From Spizellomyces punctatus DAOM BR117 (taxonomy: Eukaryota): DNA of 64,000 bases. The number at the start of each line of letters is the position of its first letter. Position 1 is the stretch's first letter. Shown here piece after piece: positions 36,629-49,300 of the stretch. Under the pieces are notes generated by a model. That model searched no databases. It was not told the origin of the DNA and saw only the letters and a program-made list of their open reading frames with translations. The translations under genes and the position numbers were made by a program. The stretch lies in the NCBI GenBank assembly GCA_000182565.2, contig KQ257454.1, one strand, 5' to 3'.

Positions 36629-38081
36629 GGTGTTGGTAGTGATGTTGGCAAATCACGATCGAAAGTGCAAGCGCACCTTGCCCTGAGGACGAAGGGAGGC
36701 GTGGGACTTGAGGTTTGTGTGACAGAAACGTGACTTGACTTTTTAGGGTTTAATTGCTTCTGGGCCGGTAGCCAGACTACTGTAACTTTAACTGTAAAAT
36801 TTCAAACATTCCTGGGATAGTAAAAGTATATAACTAGATAAAAGCAATTGAAGAGATGCTGGAAAAGTTTGTTTCCTTGCAGCTGAGTTGCGCTTAATAA
36901 CGACGAGGACCTGAGACCCGTAACGACAAACGACAGCGAAAATGCTAGGATTCTGAGCATATTCTAGCGATGCAAAAGATACATCGCTCGATATTTTTCG
37001 CAGGAAAAACTCATCTTTAGATCAATATAGTGTCAAGAAATATCTGATAACTCCATACAAAGACAGTCACGAACATGTTTGTTGCAGTCCAAACCATCAT
37101 GCCAGCGATGCACCAATCTAAGGGATGAGTTCTGCATAACTTGAAAGGACTGGCTAGATGCATTATCATTGTGAATTGGATGACAAATGCCATGTGAGTC
37201 GCTTGCCATCACTCTCGCAGCTTTTTCCACGGCTTCATCATAGCGTTGATAGCTTCTTCATCGTCTACAAGTAACTTGTAGTTGTATCCTATGTTGAATG
37301 CTGATTGTCGCCATACGGCCAACAAGATGGGTGGTGTCATTGGTATCAGCAAAGGTTCTTCTCATTTTCCAGACATTTCACTATTCTTGACAACATCTAC
37401 GTAAAAGGCTATGTCTCCATCAGAGCACCGTAGTCGAAGCGAATTGATGAGCAGTTATGACAGGAATCTAGCACAAAGGGAACCATCTGGACATGCAATG
37501 AGGAATGCAATTACAGGGACCGTTCCAGCAACAAATTCATCTTGGACCCTTGACATGCCGGTTGACAATGCATCTTGGATGCTGAGTGTCTGGATTTTCT
37601 AGTCTCTAAATTTGCTATTAAATGACTCCCTGACTGTGTGAGTTGGATGGAGCTGAGTTTAACAATATTAGCAATAGCGCTGAAGTGTCCTGAGCAGCAA
37701 TTTACATTGGTTAGTTGACTTGCATGTTACTAGTTCATATGCGCAATTTATAGTGCGTGGAGTGAACCCTGCAAACGCAATAGCATGGCAAGGATGTAAG
37801 GCTTCCTCGGGACGATATGCCGAACAAAGAGGGAGGCCCACAACCCGCACTCACGGCATTGACCTGTTAAAAGTCCGTACCTTGGGTGTGCCTGCTCGTA
37901 CCAGCGAGGGTCCGCGTTCATGACGAGGTGAAGGTCCCCAATTCCCAAACCAAACCAAAATGCATTGGTTCTATTCCAAGAAACCGATATTAGGCATTCG
38001 ACTCACAACATTGGACGTTGCCATAGAAACAACACTCCGAAATCTTGACCCAGAACTGTCTTGAGATCACCTAGAACTGAA

Positions 38082-39986
38082 ATGGCATTTCTTACACGGT
38101 CGGCCATGTTAAGCTTAAACCGATGTCGGTCAGCGACACGGCTGTGCCGTACGGCGTCAGTCTTTGCTTCAAAGACACATGTCCGGTCACGCCCTGCTTC
38201 CATGTCAACACAAGCCGCAAGTGGATCGACAACCCGACGAGGGGCGACAGTACGTAAACGAGAAGAGCACTTTGGGCGATAAGAGCTGGTTTCTCTTTCT
38301 TGGAATTCAGTTTGTAATGTCTTTGGTGTTAAGGTTATTCCGAACGCGAGCATGCCACGGCCCTCAGGATTTCCGTCAATTGCAAAGGAGTCTAAGGCGT
38401 TATTGGGAGAGTGGACACCGGTAAGGACGAAACCCCGCGCCGTAGAAAAAGCCAACCTCAGAACGCAACGGGACTTTTGTTGATGCTTTTTGCCCCTCTC
38501 TCAGAAAAAGGCAGCGCCGGCCAACGTGGGGGAGGTTTTACAGTTCCCTGCCTCGTGCTCGAGTGCGACAAAGGGAGCGATTCCAAACTCAGTTGAAAAA
38601 GGAGTATGTTTTGTCCGATTGGAGCAAAATCTTTGTATTTGGTGTGCCCATGTTGACTTTGGTCATTTGGTATTAGAAACAGTCCGCATTCATGCTTCGG
38701 CAATCGACTCTGGATTTGATTGCTGAGGTGACCCGGGAGGCAAATCAAGCGACCTGCAATCGCGTGATGACACTTGGTATGCTTCATCAAGTGAAACATT
38801 GTGCACTCGCACTTTCTCACTGCTTGGGCGGTAGATGGACCCAAAGGTGTGGGCAAAAGTGTCACATTGCTCCAAACCGTGAGCCATTTTCGCAGCGAAG
38901 GATGGATAGTGTTGTATCTGCCACAAAGTGAGCGTCGTTGGGTTGAATATTGATTCGTGGGCTGACAGTGGATCGTTTGTAGCTGCCAATTGGGTCGATG
39001 GAAGTGAACCATTCGAGCCAGTCCCCGGAACTAAGATGTTCCGCCAGCCACAGGCCGTTGCTCGCACATTGCAGCAATTCCTTGACCTCAACCCTGATCT
39101 CACCAAGGTGATCCGACACACATACAGCTGCAGTTAGATTGATGTTCGTCCAGTTAACTGTTGTTTCTTTAAGCAGATAAAGACCGCGGAAGGACAGACT
39201 CTTGCACAAGTGGCGGAGACCGGTGTCCGCGAACCCGAAAAGGCCCAGGAATCTCTAGAGACGATACTTGACACTCTATCCAAAGAGAAAAACCGCCCAC
39301 CAGTGCTAATAGCAATCGACCAGGTCAACAGCTTCTATAGTAAAACTGCCTACTTTGATGCGCAGAGCAACCCTGTCCTTGCGAATCAGCTTACTGCTGT
39401 CGATGCTTTCGTGCGGTTCCTCAATCGCACACGGCCACTGGTGGGTAGCGAGCGACTTTGGTGCAACATTTGAAATAGACCTTCTAAGCCACACTGTTTC
39501 CTTTAGTCAAAGGGAGCTATCCTCTGCGCCGTTGATCAAAGCGACACCCAACTCCAATCCCCCTTCCTTGAAGTACTCCTTTCCAATAGCCCTCAAATCC
39601 CATCATCCCCGTCATCCCAACCTATAGCCGCGAACCGCAGATATCAAGATGTCACATCAGTGGATTCGTTTGGAGTTCTCTTATCCGATCGGCTGGCTCC
39701 TGCTAGTTATGACCCGTTTGCCCCTCAAAGTGAATGGCATCCAAAGAGTCTGGCGCGATTCAATATACCGGGGTACAATAGATTCGAGGTCGCTAGTATC
39801 CTTCAGTACTATAAAGACGCGGAAATTCTCAAGAATGGTGGGTTGCAAGATGTGTTTTTTCTGTTAGTATTTAGTACTCATCCGTGTTGTTTAATAGTTA
39901 AATTGACAAGGGAGTATATCGAGAAACAGTTGGTGCTTACTGGAGGGAACGCCTTGAAACTGTACAAACGATGCCTGTCATTCTAA
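38082..39986 (+). CDS. RSM23: Mitochondrial small ribosomal subunit protein mS29 (Rsm23/DAP3)
   Basis: R/S-rich presequence, P-loop DGPKGVGKSVTLLQ, GWIVLYLP, FRQP, PPVLIAIDQVNSFY..T.Y, YDPF, C-terminal LTGGN. Confidence 0.88.
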
Positions 39987-40215
39987 AATTTCGTGTCATT
40001 CACATATTATCAAATAGAGATGCATTATCATTTACATGCGCATTCTAGTTGCCATGGACATAAATAGGTTTGCGAAAAAGGGGGAAGAACGAAAAACATG
40101 ACAGTGCAATCCCAAAAATCCGCAATAGATATCAATGTACACAAAATAAATATGACTATGTATCAAAATGCTCAACCTTCCGTTATAATCCTAAAAAATG
40201 ATTCTGGTACCGAGG

Positions 40216-41751
40216 TCACCATTTGACAGCCAAACCGCTCACATTCGTCTTTTCCACGGCTCTATACCCAGTATGTAACATTACCCGCGCCTTTTCCGTC
40301 TCTTCACCACCCAACCACTCTTGATACAAGACTCCAATCGCCGAATTGGCCTCTGGGAACTGGACACCTGCCTTATTTGCCACCCACCGATACGCTTCCT
40401 CCGTTCTGGCCACCCAGTCTCTAGACGCGGACGCCAAATCGTCATCAGGTTTAAGCTGTCCACCTCCATTGATACATCCCGAAGGACACGCCATGACTTC
40501 CACAAAATGGTAATCGCTGGTAGCTGTTGGACGACGTCGAAGAGATGAAGTGGGTTTGAGTTTTCGGACAAGGTTTTGAATGTTGCGGAATCCGTAAGCA
40601 GCGGCGAATTTGAGGACGGGGGTGGGATCGTTAGGGAGGGTCAAGGTGTATTCTTTGAAGTCAATGTTTCGGCCGGCACGGACTTGAACGCCGTTTCGAC
40701 CGAGTTCAACGTCTTCCAGTGTCAAGTTGATTCCATATAATACTCGAGCTGCGTATCGGAATATGTAGGAAAGGTACCCACCCGATGATGATCCCTCTGT
40801 TCCAGCCAACATGGGGATACCAGTGTCATGTGACGCCACAGCCTTTGTAAAGAGACTCTCTACCTCTGCTTCTGGGACATGTCCGATTCCCAAGCCCTGC
40901 TCGCCAAACATTTTTTCCACCTCTCCAGTCGTAATAACGCAATCCACGTCCCGAGTAGAATAAATCTCGTTATAAAAGTCTTGTCGGGAGGCTTCCAGCT
41001 TTTTATCGTAACACGGCATGACGGAGACATGGTACACCTTGTCAGGCGTCAGCCCTATTTTGGACCCCAAGTAATCCTTGACAAGCGATCCCATGACTTG
41101 TTGTGGTGATTTCGTCGTATCAATAAAGGGAAGGATGTAGTCGTGAGTTTTCTCGGCATAGCAGATCCATCCTGGGCAGGCACTGGCCAACATTGGGAGT
41201 ACGCCACCGGTAGCACGATGCTGTCTGTATCTCCGAACAAACTCTTTGGCACTTTCCAGTAAGGAGAAATCTCTTGAAAAGGCGGTATCGAAAACGTAGT
41301 GAACTCCAAGAAACTGCTTAAAGAACCACAACAGTCGCATGTGAACCTGGAGTGGTGTCAGATTGTATTTTGCTGCTATGGAAGCACGAGACTGAGGGGC
41401 AACGGAAACGACAATGGTTCGCACGTCATTGGGGCGGCCTTGAGCTATCGCCAGTTTATTGGCAGTGAGGATCTCGTAGAGTTCTTTTTGGCTTTGCATG
41501 GTGATGAGTACACTTTCCGCTGATGTGATACATCCACTACATGCCAGGCAATCATTGAGTGATATGCTGGCGGTCTCGAGCTTGGTTTCTCCTCCATCTT
41601 GCCGTACTTCATAGTACCCGCCTGTATCGTCAACTCTGATCTGCGTCCCTTCAGTGGCAGTCTTTTTGATCTCGACTGGCTTGATGCATGCTTGTGATGG
41701 TGTGATAAAGTCGTTGAGATCCGTCAACACCACTGCTCCCGAGAATCCCAT
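40216..41751 (-). CDS. NAR1: Cytosolic Fe-S assembly factor Nar1/NARFL (CIAO3), single exon
   Basis: MGFSGAVVLTDLNDFITPSQACIKP, ISLNDCLACSGCITSAE, SACPGWICYAEK, VMPCYDKKLEASR, YGFRNIQN, VEVMACPSGCINGGGQ, C-terminal W. Confidence 0.96.
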   Translation of the reverse strand: MGFSGAVVLTDLNDFITPSQACIKPVEIKKTATEGTQIRVDDTGGYYEVRQDGGETKLETASISLNDCLACSGCITSAESVLITMQSQKELYEILTANKLAIAQGRPNDVRTIVVSVAPQSRASIAAKYNLTPLQVHMRLLWFFKQFLGVHYVFDTAFSRDFSLLESAKEFVRRYRQHRATGGVLPMLASACPGWICYAEKTHDYILPFIDTTKSPQQVMGSLVKDYLGSKIGLTPDKVYHVSVMPCYDKKLEASRQDFYNEIYSTRDVDCVITTGEVEKMFGEQGLGIGHVPEAEVESLFTKAVASHDTGIPMLAGTEGSSSGGYLSYIFRYAARVLYGINLTLEDVELGRNGVQVRAGRNIDFKEYTLTLPNDPTPVLKFAAAYGFRNIQNLVRKLKPTSSLRRRPTATSDYHFVEVMACPSGCINGGGQLKPDDDLASASRDWVARTEEAYRWVANKAGVQFPEANSAIGVLYQEWLGGEETEKARVMLHTGYRAVEKTNVSGLAVKW

Positions 41752-42629
41752 TCTCAAAGAACTCTTTTCAAAATGGGTATCTGGTAGAAACAAATGCCTG
41801 CCTACTCGCCCTGGATTTGAAATCTTGGCTCAAAGGTGGTGACACAAAATACTCATGCTTAGGTTATGCTCATGTCAGCCAGCTTGGTACATTTCCCGCT
41901 CATCTTATGGCCATAATGTACTTTTTATTTTTTTTTCCTTTTGGGGAAGACGAGACGGCGTCAGAAGCCATTTGGGGGTTTCAAAATAGTTTTGACAAGC
42001 AGAGTTGTGTGTGTCGGAGAGCGTGCGGTCGTCGGCCTTGCGTCGTCTTTTTCAGATCTTCAAAACTTGCAAGACCATTCGTCAAAAGTAAAAGACAAAA
42101 AGGTTTGTCAACTAGAAAGTTCCCGGGTCGTCGTTTGAATAAAAATTAAAATAAAAATAAAACAATTTTTGAAACATTGAACAAAACTACCCGCACAGGG
42201 ATTCGATCCCTCCCTTTGAAGACAATGCGGGAACGAAAGCACTGCGCAAGCAAAAAGGCGGCCAAAGTCTCCCTCCGCCCGTCCCTCCGTCTAGCAGAAA
42301 ATGAAGACTTTTTAAAAGACTTTTTTCTTTCTTCCAAAAGCAGTTTTCTAAAAAGCATACGAACGAAACGTCCAAAACACAAAACAAAAATCACATTCCC
42401 CGTCTCTAAAATCAAAAATCAACAATAAAAAATATAAAAGTCTCATCCCCACAGTCCTTCAATATCACTAATAAAAATTCCCCACAAGAAAATGTTTCTC
42501 CCTTTGACAAGTAGCCACACATTAAAGCAATATAAAAAAAAAACACAACCGAGTATTTATGTGGCGACATCAACCAGAGTTACCCCCTGCCAGCAATTAC
42601 AACCTCATCGCCAAAGTTTCCTTTGGGAT

Positions 42630-45512
42630 TTAAATCATGTTGACACCATTGTCTTCCATACCTCCTCCGCTGCCGCCGATTCGCATCCGGGCTTTCCCAC
42701 GGGGAGCTCTAGGTCTAGGTGTTAAAAGCTTGGTTACATCTTCTATCCGCGTAGCATACGGAGCAAAGAGCGGCCGAATCTCTTCCGGAAATGCAGAGTC
42801 AAAAATTGTGGGATCCACAGAAGGGTTGGATCGGAGGTATTGTTGGATAGGGACCATCCCAAGTCTGCCGAGGATACCCGCAGCTCGCCATGTTCCGCTG
42901 CTTCCGCCACTGCCCCCACTCATGGACGCTGACGTCGTCGTCGTAGTTGTTCCAGATGCTGTACGCACATGTCCTCGGCCAGGCAAGCTGCCGTTGCCTT
43001 GACCTGGATTGGCACTCGGTGTTGGATCTCGTGAAACATTGGCCGCGGGATTACGCATGTAGCACCACAAATGTTCGACTGGAGGTAGGCCTTCCTGGAG
43101 AGCGTCCATCCTTGCCCGCGCAATGATTCGCCGTAAAAGCTCAGCAGTGATTCCGTTGGGTGTCGGATCTGTGCCACGATCTGCTGAGGGAATCACCAAC
43201 ATGGCACCGTCTCTTAGTCTCCACAAGATGGATATAAACGAAACCATCAGCCTTGACGGGGAATCGGAACTCGAGGACGCCGATGATGATGAAGACGCCG
43301 ACAGTGTGCGACCAACATTTCGGTCTGCTGTCCCGCTTCCACTGCCTCCGTACGGTCTTGGGGCAGTAGCACCTGTTGCTGAAAGCGCCGCTCCGTAATG
43401 GGATGCTTTTCCCTTTTTCCCACCTCGGCCGCGTCCCGAAACCGCCGTGGACATCCACGCAACCGCAAGGAGCATCCTGGCGCCTTCTACTCTCGAGGTT
43501 AAAATATTTTCTGCCTCTTTCCACGCGCGTTGAAACCGAGAAGTAATCCTTTCCCACGTTGCAACCATTGGCAAGCTCTCCATGACGGTCGGCACACCAA
43601 GATTAGTCATGAAGCCATCTTCATACACTTCTCTCAACTCTGTTAGTAGAGGCTGCATGGCAGCTGAACCAGTCAGGTACTGTGGTTGCTGGTATGCATT
43701 TGAGTTAGAATTATGTGGAGCTGGCATTATGACTTCGTCTGGGATACGCCAGCATCGAATATCAATTGGTGCTCCTGGGCCAACACGGAGGTGTGACAAG
43801 CTACAGGTTTTACGACCTAGAGGGAAAAGCTCGACAGGCCGCCATTTTCCAGTACGAAATGTTCCTCCGCCACCGCATTCTGTGCACAGGGCATACTTGA
43901 CTTTGCAGCTATAACATAAAGTCAGCGATCTCATCTCGAACGCGTCATTACTTTTATCTCCTCACCTGGAGCAGACGACTTCAACTTCAAAGCTGGGCTC
44001 TACCCACTCTTGGGTTCGGGCAATCGGACTTGTAGAAAGAGAGCTGTCCTCTCGCTTGTCACCATTGGAAGATTCTCGCTCAGTGTCAAACGGCGCCCTT
44101 ACACCACCTGATCCAATCCTCCTCATGCATACATCGCAATCTAGTTCGGCGCCGGGTCCATATGTCTGGACGCGTTTTCGTCGCCTACGCGGCGGAGGAG
44201 CGGCCGCTGTTTCTACTGCAACGTCCTGCCCAAACTCACATTTCATACACCGAATGTCGGCCACATGGGGAGTGGAAAGGAATTCTGGCGCACCATGAAG
44301 GACCAAGGTTGCAACGTGGATATTGCAGCGGCCGCAATACGCATTTTCTTCAACACATGTCTTTTTGCGACGAGTCATGGAAGAGGTGCTCAATTGTGAT
44401 GGCGCTGGTGGGATGGATGTTGAGGTTCCTTCGGCGGCCGGTGGCAAGGCCAACTGATGGGAAGTAGAAGGCATCCCAAATTCAGATTGATGCGAATATG
44501 GGTAATGTGATGAGTAAGATCCATGATGCCGCTGGACCTGCGTCTCAGGATACGCTGGCGGGTATGGCGTATGACGGTGATGGGAAGATGTGTATCTCGC
44601 ATGGGAACCGCCGCCATTCTGCTGCATGTCAATGGTTGCCATTCCGCCCAAAGAATGCGGCAAAGGACCGTCATGATATCCTCCTACCTGGCCCTGTCCG
44701 TGCCCATTACCAACAGGAGGCGGGTAAGCGTCCCGATAATCTAACCGTGAATATTGGCCTTGCGATGGTGGAGGTGGAGGAGGTGGTGGTGGACCTTGAT
44801 TGTACATTCCGTATGGAGGAGGCGCTGATGGGCTTGACAAGCCTGCACTCATGGTTGAGTTGAGGGGAGTCTGTTGGGGAGAGTACATGACAGACTGTGG
44901 TACGGCATAGTGTCGTGAGTGACTCTCATGTCGGTGGTGTTGCTGCTGCTGTTGCTGCTGCTGCTGTTGTTCGTGGTGATGGTGATGTTGCGATGTTTGT
45001 TGATTCGCAATTGACACATGCGACGGCGGCTGATGTGACGGATGGTGGTGGGAAGTGTGAAGTTGATGTTGTTGTTGTTGCTGCTGCTGCTGTGGTTGTG
45101 GCGGGGGTTGTTGCTGTTGGTGTTGTTGAGGTGGCTGTGCATACGAACCGTGGGGTGGCGGATCCGACGGGTGATACCACTTGGACGGCTCAACGGGATT
45201 AGAGGAAGGGGAAGGCTGCGCAGCATAGTGGACATAGGATGACGACGAGTATGGCAATGGCGCTGATGGCGATGAGGAATAGGAATTGTGCTGCTGCTGC
45301 TGTTGGTGGTGGTGGTGGTGTGGGTGATGATGTTGCGAGTAAGCGGCGTGGTGATCCTCTGTTGAAGGCAATGGCGGCGCCTGGTGTGGATGACCGTGAG
45401 CGTTCACGTCGGTCATGAACGAGCGGTCGTGGTAGGAAGGATGGTGCGGAATGAGGAGGGATGAGGATGAACCTTTGCCAGACACGGGCGCGTGAGAAAG
45501 CCCGTCGTCCAT
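42630..45512 (-). CDS. Uncharacterised protein: H/Q/P-rich N-terminus, multi-Cys zinc-finger region, possible GNAT-like C-terminal domain
   Basis: Two exons (intron 43909-43965). Cys pairs CGRC, CMKC, CDVC, CSSC, CTEC and C-x3-H; motif CTECGGGGTFRTGKWRPVELFPLGRKTCSLSHLR. Confidence 0.8.
44938..45128 (-). repeat. CAG/CAA trinucleotide tracts encoding polyQ/polyH
   Basis: (tgc)n/(tgt)n runs on the + strand within the zinc-finger gene. A further (CAG)n tract lies at about 46333-46361 in CFAP69. Confidence 0.85.
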
Positions 45513-45644
45513 AATTCCCTGGTTGGTGATGTTGTATGTCTTTTTTTTTGTATGTTTACGGCCACACAGGTAAAGCTTTGTCAGCGATCCCTTCAAGCCA
45601 ATGCCCCGTTCTCGTCTCTATAAATCTTTTACTTTTTTGGCTTG

Positions 45645-45728
45645 TCGTCTTGTCGTCGTCGTCGTTTTGTCGTCCTTCGCCGTCGTTCGTCGTTCGTCGT
45701 TGATCGTCGTCGTTGATCGTTGGTCGTT
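45645..45728 (+). repeat. Imperfect (GTC/TCG)n simple repeat in the divergent intergenic/5' UTR region
   Basis: gtcgtcttgtcgtcgtcgtcgttttgtcgtccttcgccgtcgttcgtcgttcgtcgttgatcgtcgtcgttgatcg. Confidence 0.6.
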
Positions 45729-46317
45729 ATCACCTTGTTCCTTGTTCAGTTTCCCGTTGATGGGAAAATTCCCAAAAACTCGTTTCTGGGCGTTTGGTTG
45801 CCTGGGAGAAAAAAAAAACAAAATCCAAAAATCGTAAAGCGTGGGAATAAAAACGACCATCTCCCCCTTCCTTCTCTCGCCCTTGTCGTCTCCTTCTCCT
45901 TCCGCCAGTCGCCAATCGCCCCCAATTTCCATTTCAATTACCAAATTCCTATTTCCATATCTGTGCCACTTGTTTGCCACATTTGTGCCACAATGGATCA
46001 CGTCACCAAAGAATTTTGTGCAAATTTTTGCATCAGCAAATTCTCACTGATGTTGTACACTTATCTGTTCGGATCAATTGGTCGGAAGCTGCTGTTGTAC
46101 GCATACCGCTGTCCGGCTCCGGTTCTCATGGACTGTGCCTCCCTGTCTGTCATCACCAACGTTCCCACGGATGTGTTCTTTCCACGGTTAAATGTCACGT
46201 GTGTATCAGGTGAATTTCATGTGGGTATCATGTGAATGTGCTGAGCTCATCAAGACTCCGTTTGTCTACTTGGTTGTGTTCTTCGCACAGGATTTACACT
46301 GGCGCCATTCTCCAAAG

Positions 46318-49300
46318 ATGATGGTGCAAAAGCAACAACAGCAGCAGCAGCAGCAGCAGCAAGTGCTGCCAGCCGCACGGAGAAGAATGATTAAAAACCT
46401 CATGCCGAGTTTTCTTCATGACAAGGAGCCGGTCACAAAGACTATCGAGTGGGAGCGCATCATTGACTGTTTGCGGTCAAGACACATGATCAACATGTAC
46501 GATCGCCATACAGTCATTTTAGAGAGACTGGCTCAAGTCCTTGCTGATGGTGTGGTGAGTGTTACTTGACAAGAGCCCCTCAACCGTTGATTATCGGGTG
46601 AAGAGTCACAAATGAGTTTTGCGTAAAAGATCGCATGAAACAGAGCATGTCGAAATCTCGTTGATCTCGCTCCCTGCTACGTTCTGGACTCTTGGTACTT
46701 GTGTCACTCATATCCTCTTTTCTCAGCCGTTGAAGCACATGGAGCCCCTGGCACACGTCTTGTCGCTGGTCAAGGAGCGCATCATACAAGGCGGAAAGGA
46801 TGTACTCTGCAAACCCCTCTGCGGTCTGCTCGCTGTCCTCCAACATTCCCTCATCGACGACAGGGGCGACAAACCCTTGGATCAACTTAAAAAAGACTTG
46901 CAGCAATTGGCCAATCGTGTTGGAGATTTAGTCCATGTTCATGATGATAAAGTCACTGAGCACGCCGTTGAGGTACTGTACAGGCTCTGCGGTGGACCTC
47001 GCACCGATCCCCCAGTGTCCGAACACAGAATTATAATGTTTCCGTGGCTGCTGGACTCTGTTTCCCTTCCGCCCTCGATGCAAGATCCAGCGTCCGTCGC
47101 ATCACACGGCTCGGATGACCGATATCACGAGACAGAGATGGAGCTCTTGGAGCTCCTGGCAGAGGCGTGAGTTCCGTACATGCGTTTTGCTGCTTTTTCT
47201 GTATACCACGCATCTTGGCTGATCCATCTCACCTTGCACAAAACAAAAAGAGACTTGATATCACACTTGACCACTGCACTGCAGATCAACCATCGCACAA
47301 GCTGCCAGTCTGATACGCTCCGAACCCTGCGTCGTCTCTCCTTGTCCGACACTTGCTGCAAGCAAATGGTTCAGGGTTTGTTTATCTTCCAACTTCACGC
47401 CATCTGGCAACGCTGCTGATTAACCCAGAAAAAAACACAGAAGGGACACTCAACCTCTTGACACAAATCGCCCGTGACAGTACCGACGACGTCAAACTTT
47501 CCATCATCACAGAAATCCTATGGAACGCCCTCGAGAGTTCACACACACCCCTCATAGCCGAAGCACTAAGTGCACAAAACAACATCAACAACCTCCACGC
47601 CATCTTCAAGCGCGAAAGTAACGCACGACGCGACGTTGAAAAGGAATTGAGAAACGAGTTAGTGATCGTATGTACGGATATCGCTGTTTTTGCGTCGGAA
47701 GGGCGGTTTGCAGCTTTTCGGCAGAGTGGATTCTTGGCGACGGTCTGCGCGCTCTTGATGGGAGAGGAAATGGAAGGACGGAATAAGGCGATGCCCAAAT
47801 CCAGGATTCCCAGGTCGTCGCCTGTCCCTATCCCATCGTCTAATGACCATGCTTTTAAGAAGCATTTGTTGACTCTGACAATGGTGTTGTGTGACGATAT
47901 GGGCGTTCTAGAAACATTCCTAGAGGTGTGATGCTCTTGTCCTTGTTTGTATGTTCGCATGGTTCTCACGTTGAGTCTCCCGAGAGTAGAACGGGCTCCT
48001 AGACTTTTGTGTAATGTACCTCGACTATGACAGTCCGAATCCAGCCATCTACCGTTGGTCCCTCCGACAAATAAAAGGGCTCCAACTACAGGTAAGTCCA
48101 ATCTCCGTTCACGCGCCGCCCTTCTTTTCGTCTTTCTATACTGATGAACCACACCAGATCCTCACTCTCCTTCAAAAAATCTTACCAAAATCCAACACAG
48201 CGGATCCGACTATTTACGACACCCTCCTCGCTTTTCTCAAAACGGCTCTGGAAAAAGATGCTCAAGTCCGACCACACACAGGTCTACCAAACCCGACGAG
48301 CGATCCCGTAGGTCTCGTCATGTCCGTTTTGAGGTTGCTGATTGTGTTGGCGGAGGCGGAGACTGAAAGTAGACAGCGATTAGGCCAATTGGGGATATTC
48401 CCCGTTGTGAATGGCAAGTCGCTCTCCATTGCTTACCAAACGATCTCCAAACAGGTCATCTAACCTTCATTCCATAGACATTCTCTCTACGCCAACACAT
48501 GCTCCCGAAACCCACCGTACTGCGCTTCTCCTCCTCACCTCCCTCTGCCAGTTCGCACCCAACCGCTCCACCTTTGGTCAAATCCCGCAAAGTATCCCAA
48601 CTCTAGTGTCATTCCTCTCCTTCCTCTCACCAAGCACCCAAGAAACCAACAGCATTCACCTTTCCACCATCACGGCTCTCTGGGCCGCTATCCCATTCTG
48701 CCCTCTGAATGAAAAAGCCTTTTTAGAAACGGACGGGCTGTACCGGTTGTTGGATCTGCTGGCCGAGAAGCGTCAGACGCGGGAAATACGAATGTGCGGA
48801 TTGGGCTTTTTGTGTGATTTGTTGGAGAATTCGGTTGTCAAGAGGTTCTGTGATGAGTGGAGAGGTCGTGAAGGTGGATTGGTTGGATTGGCGGTTGAGT
48901 TGTGGGTTTCGGAGGAAAAGTTTTTGGAAGGTTTGCTAGTGTGTCATGCGTTATTTAAACGAATATTTTTATTGATCATTCTGTCGTTATCACATGCAGT
49001 CCCGCAAGGCCCGCAAGGAACAGTTTTTCCAGACGACCGTAACCCGCTGGAAGGCGCACATCCCCAAAAGGTACGCACAGCTTTGCCGCGTCATATATAC
49101 TCGTCCTGGCGAAACTAAACTATCGCATTGCACCAAAAGCACACGACTTTTGCCCCAGTAATAGATGAACTAACTCAAAACCTCCGCGCAAAGCTCTACT
49201 CACTCCTGACCCACATCCAACCCATCGATACCAGCACACTTTCGCCGCATATCCAAATCAAACTCCCCCTCATCGCACGCTACCTTGATTTTAAACTCTT

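Noticed and set aside
42100-42600. A-rich low-complexity stretch with short ORFs
   Set aside because: Best explained as the U-rich 3' UTR of the zinc-finger gene, not coding or a mobile element.
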